Positions 22,959 to 31,109 of a stretch of DNA of 32,000 bases are shown piece after piece (within the stretch, counting starts at the first letter, position 1; each line of letters opens with the position of its first letter). Origin of the DNA: Candidatus Saccharimonadota bacterium (GTDB lineage: Bacteria; Patescibacteriota; Saccharimonadia; Saccharimonadales; UBA4665); the NCBI GenBank assembly GCA_963716945.1, contig OY970322.1, forward strand, positions 120,001 through 152,000, in the 5' to 3' direction. The notes beneath the pieces were generated by a model. That model had not been told where the DNA came from, searched no databases, and saw only the letters and a program-made list of their open reading frames with translations. Both the position numbers and the translations under genes were made by a program.

Positions 22959-25394
22959 CTAGGGCGCAAACTTGTACTTCGTGACAAGCTCCTCGGCAGT
23001 CACGGCAGCCAGGCCGTGCCCATCCAGCTCATAAAGGTTTCGGTCGTCCAGGCGGCAAACAATGCCGAACAGCCTTTCCAGAGCATGGGCGGTCGTACCG
23101 TCTACCTGGCCGTGTTCCGACTGGAAGTCGTCCGGCATTAGGTAAAGGCCGAGAACCGAGTCAAGGGTGTCAAGACGGGCCCAAAACATCGTTCCGCCGA
23201 AGTACGGATACCTTTCCGGCTGCTTGAGCACGGCCGCAGCCGATTCTTTGCTATAAGCCCGGCTGATCAAATGCTTCAGTATGGAAGCGTTGCTGCCCAT
23301 GTGGCGTTTAAGTGACACCAGGTGGTTGGCCGGACCGATTAGGCCGGTTTTAGGATCCTCTAGGCAGTTTAAGACGCTCTGCACTATTTCGGGGCTTGGC
23401 AAAAGGTTTTGCACCATCTCTTCAAACCAACTTGAGCCGTCTGCCCGGTGTTTTGATTTTTTGCTATGAAGCTTCAGGACATAATCATAGCCTGCGGCCT
23501 TAATCCGTTGGGCTACATACAAAAACGGCAAGACGTCGCGGCCGCGGTTTGGCAAAATGTAGGTGTGCAGCTTAGTCTGCTGACTGTCGACAGACGGTTT
23601 GAAGTCCTTATCTCGCACGTTAAGCGTTACGAATAAGTCGTACGGCTGCTTGATGTTGTTAAGCCTGGACTTAATGACCGGCCAGAGGTCGGTATAGTAA
23701 AGATGAACTACGACGGCCAGCTTGGTTTGGGGTGCTCTTTTGACGGCATAAGCTGGGAAGCTGGCCGCATTATGCTTATTGAAGCTCTCGGCGGCCATGG
23801 TTTCTACCGTCCTGTTGAGCGTGGCGTGCCCCAGGTGCATTGACGGTTCGAGGATAGCGCCTTCGGCCCATTCGTTCCAGGCATTGATGAAAATGAGGGG
23901 GGCCTTAGTTTTCTGCTTTTCTTGGGCTATGAGTCTTCGTAGCCAATGCGCATATAAGTCCGGGCTGAAATTCTGGTAAACGAAGCCTTTTCCCTTTTTG
24001 CGAGCGTCATTATCCCAGGATGGCGTCAGGCATTGGTATGTCGGGAAGTCATAGGCCCGGCCCAGTTCATCATTTAGCGCTATCGACCTGTAGTCGGCCA
24101 CGACGCCGCTGAAATTAACGTCCAGCAGTTTTTGCCTGACGTCGATGTAAGGAAACTTGCTGTCTTTGAACAGCCGGTTCTTGAAAAAAGCGCTCAGGGG
24201 CGCGAAATCGAGTGCCGCATCAAAGCCATATTCCCTGGGGTCCTGATCATCAAAGCTCAGGAAAGAAACGAGTTGCAGTTCCTTTTTGTACTTGTCGCGA
24301 AAGTACCGGCGCCAAACTTCAGCGTAGTGGGCCGGGTTTTTCAGCTCGGACGCTCGATAAACCATTAGCACCGGCTTTCCTTCCTCGCAAATATACCGGT
24401 CATCCGTTAGGATAGTTTCGACGTCTTTTATGAAGTTCAGCGGATCCTCATCCAGGTATTCCTGGGCGATTATAATATCGTCGTCCCTGCCGTCCCAGCG
24501 CTTGGTCCAGTTTTCATTCGCCCAGCAAATCGTGAAATTAAAGTCCCATTCTTTGTGGGCCATAAAGGTTTTCAGCGGGCCTTCCATGAGTTTACGGCCG
24601 CTAAACCAGTAATAGTAGAAGCAAAAACCGGAAATGCCATATTGCTTAGCAAGGTCGATTTGCTCGAGTATTTTCGATTCCAGTCTGAGATCATAGAAGC
24701 CTAGGTCTTTGGGCAGAATCGGCTGTTGGTGACCGATAAAACGCGGCTGGCCGGTTGTGACATTGCTCCACTCGGTAAAGCCTTTGCCCCACGCCAGGTC
24801 GTTTTCCTTAAACGGATGGAACTGGGGTAGGTATATGGCAGTCAGCCGTGGATCATTCTGATGGCGCTCATACCCGGCATCCAGCTGACCTTCATAATAG
24901 AATTGCTGCCTGTTTTCTATAAGGTTGACGTGTTCGGGATAGTTGTTGGAAAGATCCTTATTGTATATAGCTTCCGGCAGGTTCTCCAAACCGAACTGCA
25001 CCGGTGTACTGTAGAGTTTTTTGTAGCCCTTGCCGCTATTGATTTCTAGAGATACCTCGCCGTCCTCAAATTCAAACTCTGCCTTGAAGCCGCTGTAGAG
25101 TGCCTTATCTTTTGGCAGATCCGGGTGGGCTTTGACGACGTCCAGCCGCTTGAGTCCGGTCTTTAGGGGGTGGATCGTATCATTGTTGCGGACCCTAAGC
25201 TCGAACTTGCCGGGTTTTTTGGGGATGATCCAACCTTCTACGGACAGTTTTTTTTCGTTTTGCATTTTTTGGCGCGGGCTGTCGACGCTGAAGGCATAGT
25301 TCCTAGCCACGCTCAGCCTGGTGTTGGCCGCGTACCTGGCCCGACGCTGCAGATTGATCGCTCGCCTGACGTTTCGTTTAAGTTTTGCCTTCAT
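22959..25394 (-). CDS. Fusion glycan-synthesis protein: WbsX-like (GH99-like) domain plus rhamnan-synthesis RgpF-like domain
   Basis: 811 aa. AIYLPQFHPFKENDLAWGKGFTEWSNV is the hallmark WbsX-family motif. The C-terminal VVVHLYYTDLWPVIKSRLNNIKQPYDLFVTL ... ILPNRGRDVLPFLYV matches the RgpF family pattern. A ~150-aa N-terminal extra domain is also present. Confidence 0.8.
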   Translation of the reverse strand: MKAKLKRNVRRAINLQRRARYAANTRLSVARNYAFSVDSPRQKMQNEKKLSVEGWIIPKKPGKFELRVRNNDTIHPLKTGLKRLDVVKAHPDLPKDKALYSGFKAEFEFEDGEVSLEINSGKGYKKLYSTPVQFGLENLPEAIYNKDLSNNYPEHVNLIENRQQFYYEGQLDAGYERHQNDPRLTAIYLPQFHPFKENDLAWGKGFTEWSNVTTGQPRFIGHQQPILPKDLGFYDLRLESKILEQIDLAKQYGISGFCFYYYWFSGRKLMEGPLKTFMAHKEWDFNFTICWANENWTKRWDGRDDDIIIAQEYLDEDPLNFIKDVETILTDDRYICEEGKPVLMVYRASELKNPAHYAEVWRRYFRDKYKKELQLVSFLSFDDQDPREYGFDAALDFAPLSAFFKNRLFKDSKFPYIDVRQKLLDVNFSGVVADYRSIALNDELGRAYDFPTYQCLTPSWDNDARKKGKGFVYQNFSPDLYAHWLRRLIAQEKQKTKAPLIFINAWNEWAEGAILEPSMHLGHATLNRTVETMAAESFNKHNAASFPAYAVKRAPQTKLAVVVHLYYTDLWPVIKSRLNNIKQPYDLFVTLNVRDKDFKPSVDSQQTKLHTYILPNRGRDVLPFLYVAQRIKAAGYDYVLKLHSKKSKHRADGSSWFEEMVQNLLPSPEIVQSVLNCLEDPKTGLIGPANHLVSLKRHMGSNASILKHLISRAYSKESAAAVLKQPERYPYFGGTMFWARLDTLDSVLGLYLMPDDFQSEHGQVDGTTAHALERLFGIVCRLDDRNLYELDGHGLAAVTAEELVTKYKFAP

Positions 25395-25400
25395 TGTTAG

Positions 25401-27122
25401 CTACGCCTTAACTTCCATTTTCTGGTTTGAGTGGTTGAAATTCGGGTTCAGGTAACGGTCTTCTCGGCCGGCTTTGACCACCGGTTGCTGGCGCCAGACA
25501 GTTCCGTGCAGGATTGCCTGGACGTAAGGCGTATAAACATGGCGGTAACCTTTGTCTAGAAGATCCAAGCATAGACCGATTATGTCTTCCGATTTGTCAG
25601 CGGACAGAATGACTCCTTTGGTTGTAGCGAACAAAGCTGGATTGACCGCGCTGACGTTGCGGCGGCTTTTCGAATACAGCCCCCTAGAATAGTGCGGGTC
25701 GTCAAAGGGCATGTCATGGAGCATGTCCGCATATCCCCGCTCGCCGTAGCCGATACCTACGCCTGCGCTGCGAATAGTAGCCTTATCGGTATCTAACAAT
25801 ACCGGGCTTACGATGCCGACGCCTTCGATTTGGCTGTCGGCCACGAACGTCTTGGCCCATTGGTCACTGTTGATTTCCACGCTGTCCTCGGCGAAGATCA
25901 GGTACTTTTCACGGGCTTTCGCGGCGGCTAACTTATATTTATTATCGGTGCCGGCTAAAGGCAAAAATTCTATTTGCAGTCCGAGAGCACTTGTCCGAAG
26001 ATTCTCTTTGGCTCCGGAAGTCATCTGCGGCGAATGCAGACACAGGACGTCAAAGCGCAAGCCGGCGTCATGCGCTTTCAATGATTCTATCAGCCGCTTG
26101 GCGTTCGCGGCATTCTCGTAATCTATGACCACCGTCGCGGCAGAACCCTTAGCTGGTTCGTATTTAATAGTCCTGTGCTGCTTTATAATGCCCGTCACGA
26201 CTTCACCTTTTTTGCCTAGGCGCGACACGTGATCGACAAGTAGGTTTTTTTGGGCTTCGTAGACGTACGGTTTAGCGTCCGTATCTGAGGCAGTCGAAGC
26301 TTCGTGGATACGCCAGCTGTAAAGGATTTTGGGAATGTGAACAATTTTGTCGGTTTTTTCGGAAATACGCATAAACAAGTCCCAGTCTTGGGCTCCTTCG
26401 TAACCTTTGCGAAAACCGCCTACTTCTTTGATTACCGACGTCCGGATACAGGAAAAATGCGTGATGAAGTTGCAGCTTTCCAGAAACTCAGGGCTGAAGT
26501 CCGGCTTCAAGAATGGGTAGGAATGGACTTCGCCCGTCGTGTCGATCTTGTCTTCGTCGGAGTAGATGAAGTCGGCCCGCCTGTTGTTGCGTATGACCTT
26601 GACTACCTCGTATAAGGCATTCGGCCATAAGACGTCGTCGTGGTCCATCAGCCCTACGAATTCGCCTCTTGCAATTTCCAGCGCGGAATTGCTGGCCTCA
26701 CTGATGTGGCCGTTAGCGCCGCGTTCCACCAGCTTGATGCGGGGATCTTTATCTCGGTACTCCTTGATGACAGCCACTACTTTTTTGTCTGAAGAGCTGT
26801 CATCCGCGACACATAGTTCCCAGTTGGGATATGACTGTATGATGATGCTCTCTATGCAATCCCGCAAGTATGCTTCGGGCGTGTTGTAGGTGGGCATCAG
26901 AATGCTTATGAGTGGGTCGTTTTCGTTCAGGTCTCTTGTTTGTCCGTAATAGTCTTGGATGGTCGGGTAAAAGGAGCCTAGGTTGTAAATTTCGCGCTGG
27001 TCCGGTGACGAAACAGCCGATAGAATGCCCTTCTTCAATCCTTGGGCCACCCGGCGGCTGTATTTATTGCTATTGGCTACCTTTTTAGTGCCCGCCAGGC
27101 TCTTTTTAAGAAATCGCTTCAT
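25401..27122 (-). CDS. Two-domain glycosyltransferase (N-terminal GT2 plus a second GT-like domain)
   Basis: 573 aa. The GT2 signature is ISILMPTYNTPEAYLRDCIESIIIQSYPNWELCVADDSSSD ... GLMDHDD. The C-terminal ~240 aa form a second Rossmann-like domain. Only 6 nt separate it from the next gene. Confidence 0.85.
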   Translation of the reverse strand: MKRFLKKSLAGTKKVANSNKYSRRVAQGLKKGILSAVSSPDQREIYNLGSFYPTIQDYYGQTRDLNENDPLISILMPTYNTPEAYLRDCIESIIIQSYPNWELCVADDSSSDKKVVAVIKEYRDKDPRIKLVERGANGHISEASNSALEIARGEFVGLMDHDDVLWPNALYEVVKVIRNNRRADFIYSDEDKIDTTGEVHSYPFLKPDFSPEFLESCNFITHFSCIRTSVIKEVGGFRKGYEGAQDWDLFMRISEKTDKIVHIPKILYSWRIHEASTASDTDAKPYVYEAQKNLLVDHVSRLGKKGEVVTGIIKQHRTIKYEPAKGSAATVVIDYENAANAKRLIESLKAHDAGLRFDVLCLHSPQMTSGAKENLRTSALGLQIEFLPLAGTDNKYKLAAAKAREKYLIFAEDSVEINSDQWAKTFVADSQIEGVGIVSPVLLDTDKATIRSAGVGIGYGERGYADMLHDMPFDDPHYSRGLYSKSRRNVSAVNPALFATTKGVILSADKSEDIIGLCLDLLDKGYRHVYTPYVQAILHGTVWRQQPVVKAGREDRYLNPNFNHSNQKMEVKA

Positions 27123-27129
27123 GACAAGG

Positions 27130-28074
27130 CTAGCCTCGGGTTAGTTTCTTGGCCTTAAGTTTGGCGCGCTGGAGCCGCTGGGCGGTCTTAAAGGCCTTGG
27201 AGTTAACGACTTCGCTAAGCGCTTTGTTTAATTTTTCGTTTTGTTTCTTGATGTCTTCAATGACTTTTCTCGTAGCTTCGACTTCAGCCCTCCAGTCTTT
27301 ATTCTCGAGCTGTAGGTTCCTTATGAAATCCGCTTTGTACTGTTCAGGTTTTTTGGCCGGTGCAGGGTTAGGCAGGCGACGGCCAGCCTTGCCTACGGGC
27401 TCTAAAACAAGCTTGTACTGGAACGTCCGGGCTGCCGGGCTAGCCACCATGTTCCAGAATTTTTTATTTGCCGACAAGCCGTACTGCTCAAGCAGGCTCT
27501 CGACAACCTCTTTGGGGTAGTCGCTCTCAGAAGAGTCAATGCGGACAATATTGTAGCCGGCCCCGGTAACCAAATCGGATAACGAATTAAGCGTAAAATA
27601 TTTGAGGTGCGTGCTATCGAGAATGCCCATTTTTTCGTACTCGAAATTACCGCCCAATAGTTCGAGTCTCACGCTTATATGCGCTACGTTCGGGGTCGAC
27701 ACGAAGACCCGGCCGTTCTTGCTTAGGAGCTTAAGAATGTTCCTGAACGAAGCGTCGGGATTTTTGAGATGCTCTATAACGTCGCCCAGGAAGACGACGT
27801 CGTATTTTCTCTCATATATTTCTTCGGGCCACTCAGCGTCAAGATCGAATGAGTATACGCCGTCCAGGACTTTTCCGGCTTCTTTCCTGTCATTGCTGAT
27901 TTCAATGCCGTAGACGAGGCATTGCTTGTGTTTCCTGATGTAGGCACCGTAGTAGCCCGTGCTGCAGCCAACATCCAGTACGGTTGAGCCCTCGGGTATA
28001 TCGTCATAGAACCAGCCGATGGCGCCTAGAATGTCGGGTGGAATATTTTCGGAGTATTTAGACATTATTGACAC
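27130..28074 (-). CDS. Class I SAM-dependent methyltransferase with a C-terminal coiled-coil tail
   Basis: 314 aa. The SAM motif I is VLDVGCSTGYYG. The last ~75 aa (KADFIRNLQLENKDWRAEVEATRKVIEDIKKQNEKLNKALSEVVNSKAFKTAQRLQRAKLKAKK) are heptad-like and charged. The gene overlaps the wzt stop by 17 nt. Confidence 0.85.
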   Translation of the reverse strand: MSIMSKYSENIPPDILGAIGWFYDDIPEGSTVLDVGCSTGYYGAYIRKHKQCLVYGIEISNDRKEAGKVLDGVYSFDLDAEWPEEIYERKYDVVFLGDVIEHLKNPDASFRNILKLLSKNGRVFVSTPNVAHISVRLELLGGNFEYEKMGILDSTHLKYFTLNSLSDLVTGAGYNIVRIDSSESDYPKEVVESLLEQYGLSANKKFWNMVASPAARTFQYKLVLEPVGKAGRRLPNPAPAKKPEQYKADFIRNLQLENKDWRAEVEATRKVIEDIKKQNEKLNKALSEVVNSKAFKTAQRLQRAKLKAKKLTRG

Positions 28075-29254
28075 TCCACTTGGTATCCAACAGCGCTACG
28101 CCCTGGATTTCGGTCTCCTGCTTGATGTTAAAAATTGCGACCTTTGGAAGATAATAAAGGACCTTGTTGGCGTCACTGTTCATAACGGCTAGCGTCACGT
28201 GGTATGTCCCTGGTGTCAGGTTTTGGGACAATGAAACTTTGATGTCATTCTCGACGCCTGATATCGGGGCTATCGAATTAAGTTTGGTATTCGTACCAAA
28301 ACAGTAAACGCCAGCGTTGGTGAAAACCTGGAAGCCGATAGCCAGGTTTTTCTGGCTGGACTTATTCTTGATCCTGAAACCCAGCTCGATACCTTCGTTC
28401 AAGCTGAAGCTTTTGGTAGGTCCTTTGGCGGATGACAAAACCACCTCGTCGATCTCGAACTTGCCGGCAGCTTCGTTGGCTTTTTTTCGCTTGCCGCTCA
28501 AGCCGGTGCCACCCCCAAAATTCTGTTCCAGGTATTGGTCGGCGACTTCGCCGGGATTGCCCATCATCTTTATGAGGCCGTCCTCGATAAGTAGCGCTCT
28601 TTTGCAGAATCTCTGGACAGCTGACATGTCGTGGGTAACGAGCACTACAGTCCTGCCGTCCGAACTCATGTCCGCGAAAACTTCATAGCATTTTTGTTGG
28701 AATGACGCATCACCAACTGCCAGGACTTCATCAAAAAGCAGAATATCGCTCTGGGCCCGTATAGCGATCGAGAAAGCCAGGCGGACCTGCATGCCGGAAG
28801 AGTAGTTTTTGAGTTTCTGGTCCATGAATTTTTCCAGTTCGGCAAATTCGACTATGTCCTTGTACATCTTTTGCATTTCCTTGCGGTTGAAGCCCAGCAG
28901 CGCGCCGTTCAGGAAGATATTTTCGCGGCCGGTCAGTTCCGGGTTGAAACCGACGCCCAATTCGATGAACGGCGTAAGTTTGCCATGTACCTGCACAGTG
29001 CCGCCGGTCGGCACGTACGTTCCGGCCAGCATTTTGAGTAGAGTGCTTTTGCCGCTGCCGTTACGGCCTACAATACCGAAGAACTCGCCACGTTTAACTT
29101 CGAACGAAATGTCCTTTAGGGCTTCCAGTTTCTCATAGGTCTTTTTGCGCCTGTAAAAATTAATAACGGCACTTTTGATGGAGTTGGTTTTTTCGTGCGG
29201 CAGCTTGAAAGTTTTGCTGGCATGGTCAACCTTGATAACAATATCGTCACTCAC
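28058..29254 (-). CDS. wzt: ABC transporter ATP-binding protein for polysaccharide export (Wzt/TagH/RgpD type) with a C-terminal ~150-aa extension
   Basis: 398 aa with a GTG start at 29254. It has Walker A GRNGSGKST, the signature YSSGMQVRLAFS and Walker B ILLFDEVLAVGD. Residues ~250-398 are a beta-rich extra domain, as in Wzt proteins that carry a glycan-binding module. Confidence 0.9.
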   Translation of the reverse strand: MSDDIVIKVDHASKTFKLPHEKTNSIKSAVINFYRRKKTYEKLEALKDISFEVKRGEFFGIVGRNGSGKSTLLKMLAGTYVPTGGTVQVHGKLTPFIELGVGFNPELTGRENIFLNGALLGFNRKEMQKMYKDIVEFAELEKFMDQKLKNYSSGMQVRLAFSIAIRAQSDILLFDEVLAVGDASFQQKCYEVFADMSSDGRTVVLVTHDMSAVQRFCKRALLIEDGLIKMMGNPGEVADQYLEQNFGGGTGLSGKRKKANEAAGKFEIDEVVLSSAKGPTKSFSLNEGIELGFRIKNKSSQKNLAIGFQVFTNAGVYCFGTNTKLNSIAPISGVENDIKVSLSQNLTPGTYHVTLAVMNSDANKVLYYLPKVAIFNIKQETEIQGVALLDTKWSVNNV

Positions 29255-29256
29255 GA

Positions 29257-30057
29257 CTAGATGTTCTCCGCGAAGTATTTAGATTCTCTTCGGAAATAAA
29301 GGATGCCGATTAGGAGAACCGCCGCCACAATGCCGAATGGTATAAATTGATACCAGCCGCCTTGGAAGATCTGGTAAACGGTAATCGTTTGGTGAGTAAT
29401 CGCGCTGTAGCGGGCATCCTGAATCGCCTGGGCCATAGGGTTAAGCAGGATCAGTTTCTGGAGAGTAAGGTTAGTAATCCGTGACAGAGGATAAAGAATT
29501 GGTGTCAGGTAAAAGCCGGCCTGGAGCATGACTTCCCATATATAGTTGATGTCACGGAACTTCACGAAAGCGGCCGACAGGAAGAACGATAACCCGAGTG
29601 CCAGCAAGTATACCTCTATCAAAATAAGCGGTAGCCAGAGCATAGTGCTCGACAAGCCAACATGGTTAATAAACATGAAAACGATAATCACCAGCAAGTT
29701 CAAGAAGAAATTAATGAGGGCTGAGAGGCTGCTGCTGAACACTATGATCCAGCGGGGAATACGAATTTTGCGTATCAGGTCGCCGCGACCGACGATTGAA
29801 CCCAGGCTCAGGACCGTCATCTCCAGAAAGAAGTTCCACATGACCACCCCGAGCAGCAGATAAACTGGATAATGTGGCACGCCATTGCCGATCTTAAGGA
29901 ATTTCACAAAGACAACATACAGAATTAAGAAAAGTAGTAGTGGCCGGAGCAGCGACCAGGCATAGCCTAGTACTGAGCCTTGATAGCGCAACTTGAAGTC
30001 CGTCCGGACTAGCTCGCTTAGAAGCGCGCGGTTTTGTTTAGTGACAAATCGCCTCAT
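29257..30057 (-). CDS. wzm: ABC-2 type polysaccharide export permease (Wzm/TagG/RgpC type)
   Basis: 266 aa with 6 hydrophobic helices. The N-terminus ELVRTDFKLRYQGSVLGYAWSLLRPLL is typical of ABC-2 permeases. Its stop lies 2 nt before the wzt start. Confidence 0.9.
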   Translation of the reverse strand: MRRFVTKQNRALLSELVRTDFKLRYQGSVLGYAWSLLRPLLLFLILYVVFVKFLKIGNGVPHYPVYLLLGVVMWNFFLEMTVLSLGSIVGRGDLIRKIRIPRWIIVFSSSLSALINFFLNLLVIIVFMFINHVGLSSTMLWLPLILIEVYLLALGLSFFLSAAFVKFRDINYIWEVMLQAGFYLTPILYPLSRITNLTLQKLILLNPMAQAIQDARYSAITHQTITVYQIFQGGWYQFIPFGIVAAVLLIGILYFRRESKYFAENI

Positions 30058-30067
30058 TGATTAAGGT

Positions 30068-30073
30068 ATTATA
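30068..30073 (-). promoter_or_regulatory. TATAAT -10 hexamer 10 nt upstream of the wzm ATG; it overlaps a plus-strand TATTAT for the divergent GT2 gene
   Basis: The minus strand reads cttcctcTATAATaccttaatcaATG. The divergent intergenic gap is only 29 bp. Confidence 0.45.
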
Positions 30074-30086
30074 GAGGAAGAACGGA

Positions 30087-31109
30087 TTGAAGTCGATGCA
30101 AAAGATAGCCGTAGTGGTGCCCAACTGGAACGGTAAAGACAGGCTCAAAGCCTGCTTGGACTCGTTGCGGGCCCAAACTTTGCGGCCGCATATCATAGTC
30201 GTAGACAACGGTTCGGCCGACGGTTCGGCGGCACTGGTTGAAGAGGCTTATCCCGACATCGAGCTAATCAAGCATGATAGGAACAAAGGCTATGCCGGCG
30301 GCATGAACCCCGGCTTCCGGCGGGCCATCGAGCTGGGTTTTGACTATGTCGCGGCCTTTAATAACGACGCCGTCGCCGACAAGCAGTGGCTCGGCAACCT
30401 GGCGGCCTGCCTGGACAGTCACGACCGGGTCGGTATCGCCGCCTGCAAACTGCTGACCAGCGACGGGCGGGCGCTGGACAGTACCGGCGACTACTATACG
30501 GCCTGGGGCCTGCCATACCCGCGCGGCCGAAACGAGACCGCCATTGATAAATATGACGGCCGGACCGATGTCTTCGCGGCCAGCGGCGGGGCCAGCCTGT
30601 ACCGCGTGAAAATGCTGGAAGCCGTCGGCCTGTTCGACGAGGACTTTTTCGCCTACTACGAGGATGTCGACTTGAGCTTCCGGGCCCAGCTGGCCGGTTG
30701 GAAAGTCCGCTACGTGCCGGCGGCCACGGCCCGCCATCAAATCGGCGGCACTAGCGGCGGCCTAAAAGGCTTCACGACTTACCAAACCCTGAAAAACCTG
30801 CCGATGCTGATGGTCAAAAACGTCCCCCGCAAATACCTCTACCGGGTCAGTTGGCGGCTCGCCTTCGCCCAAACGCTTTTCTTCGGCAGGGCCGTCCTGC
30901 GCGGCCACGGCTGGTCAGCCGCGAAAGGCAAGGCGGTCTGTCTTTATTACTTGCCGCGCAACTTGCGCAAGCGCAAGCGAATCCAGGCCGCCAAGACCGT
31001 CGGTGACGACTATATCTGGTCGATGATGGTCCATGATCTGCCGCCTAACGCCGCCGGCCTGCGCCGCCTGAGGTCCTTGGGCTGGAAACTAAGGGGCAGG
31101 AAAGCATGA
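30087..31109 (+). CDS. Glycosyltransferase family 2 (rhamnosyltransferase-like)
   Basis: 340 aa. Motifs are KIAVVVPNWNGKDRLKACLDSLRAQTLRPHIIVVDNGSADGS and YYEDVDLSFR. The TTG start at 30087 lies 7 nt after GAGGA. ATG 30096 is an alternative start. Confidence 0.88.
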   Translation: MKSMQKIAVVVPNWNGKDRLKACLDSLRAQTLRPHIIVVDNGSADGSAALVEEAYPDIELIKHDRNKGYAGGMNPGFRRAIELGFDYVAAFNNDAVADKQWLGNLAACLDSHDRVGIAACKLLTSDGRALDSTGDYYTAWGLPYPRGRNETAIDKYDGRTDVFAASGGASLYRVKMLEAVGLFDEDFFAYYEDVDLSFRAQLAGWKVRYVPAATARHQIGGTSGGLKGFTTYQTLKNLPMLMVKNVPRKYLYRVSWRLAFAQTLFFGRAVLRGHGWSAAKGKAVCLYYLPRNLRKRKRIQAAKTVGDDYIWSMMVHDLPPNAAGLRRLRSLGWKLRGRKA

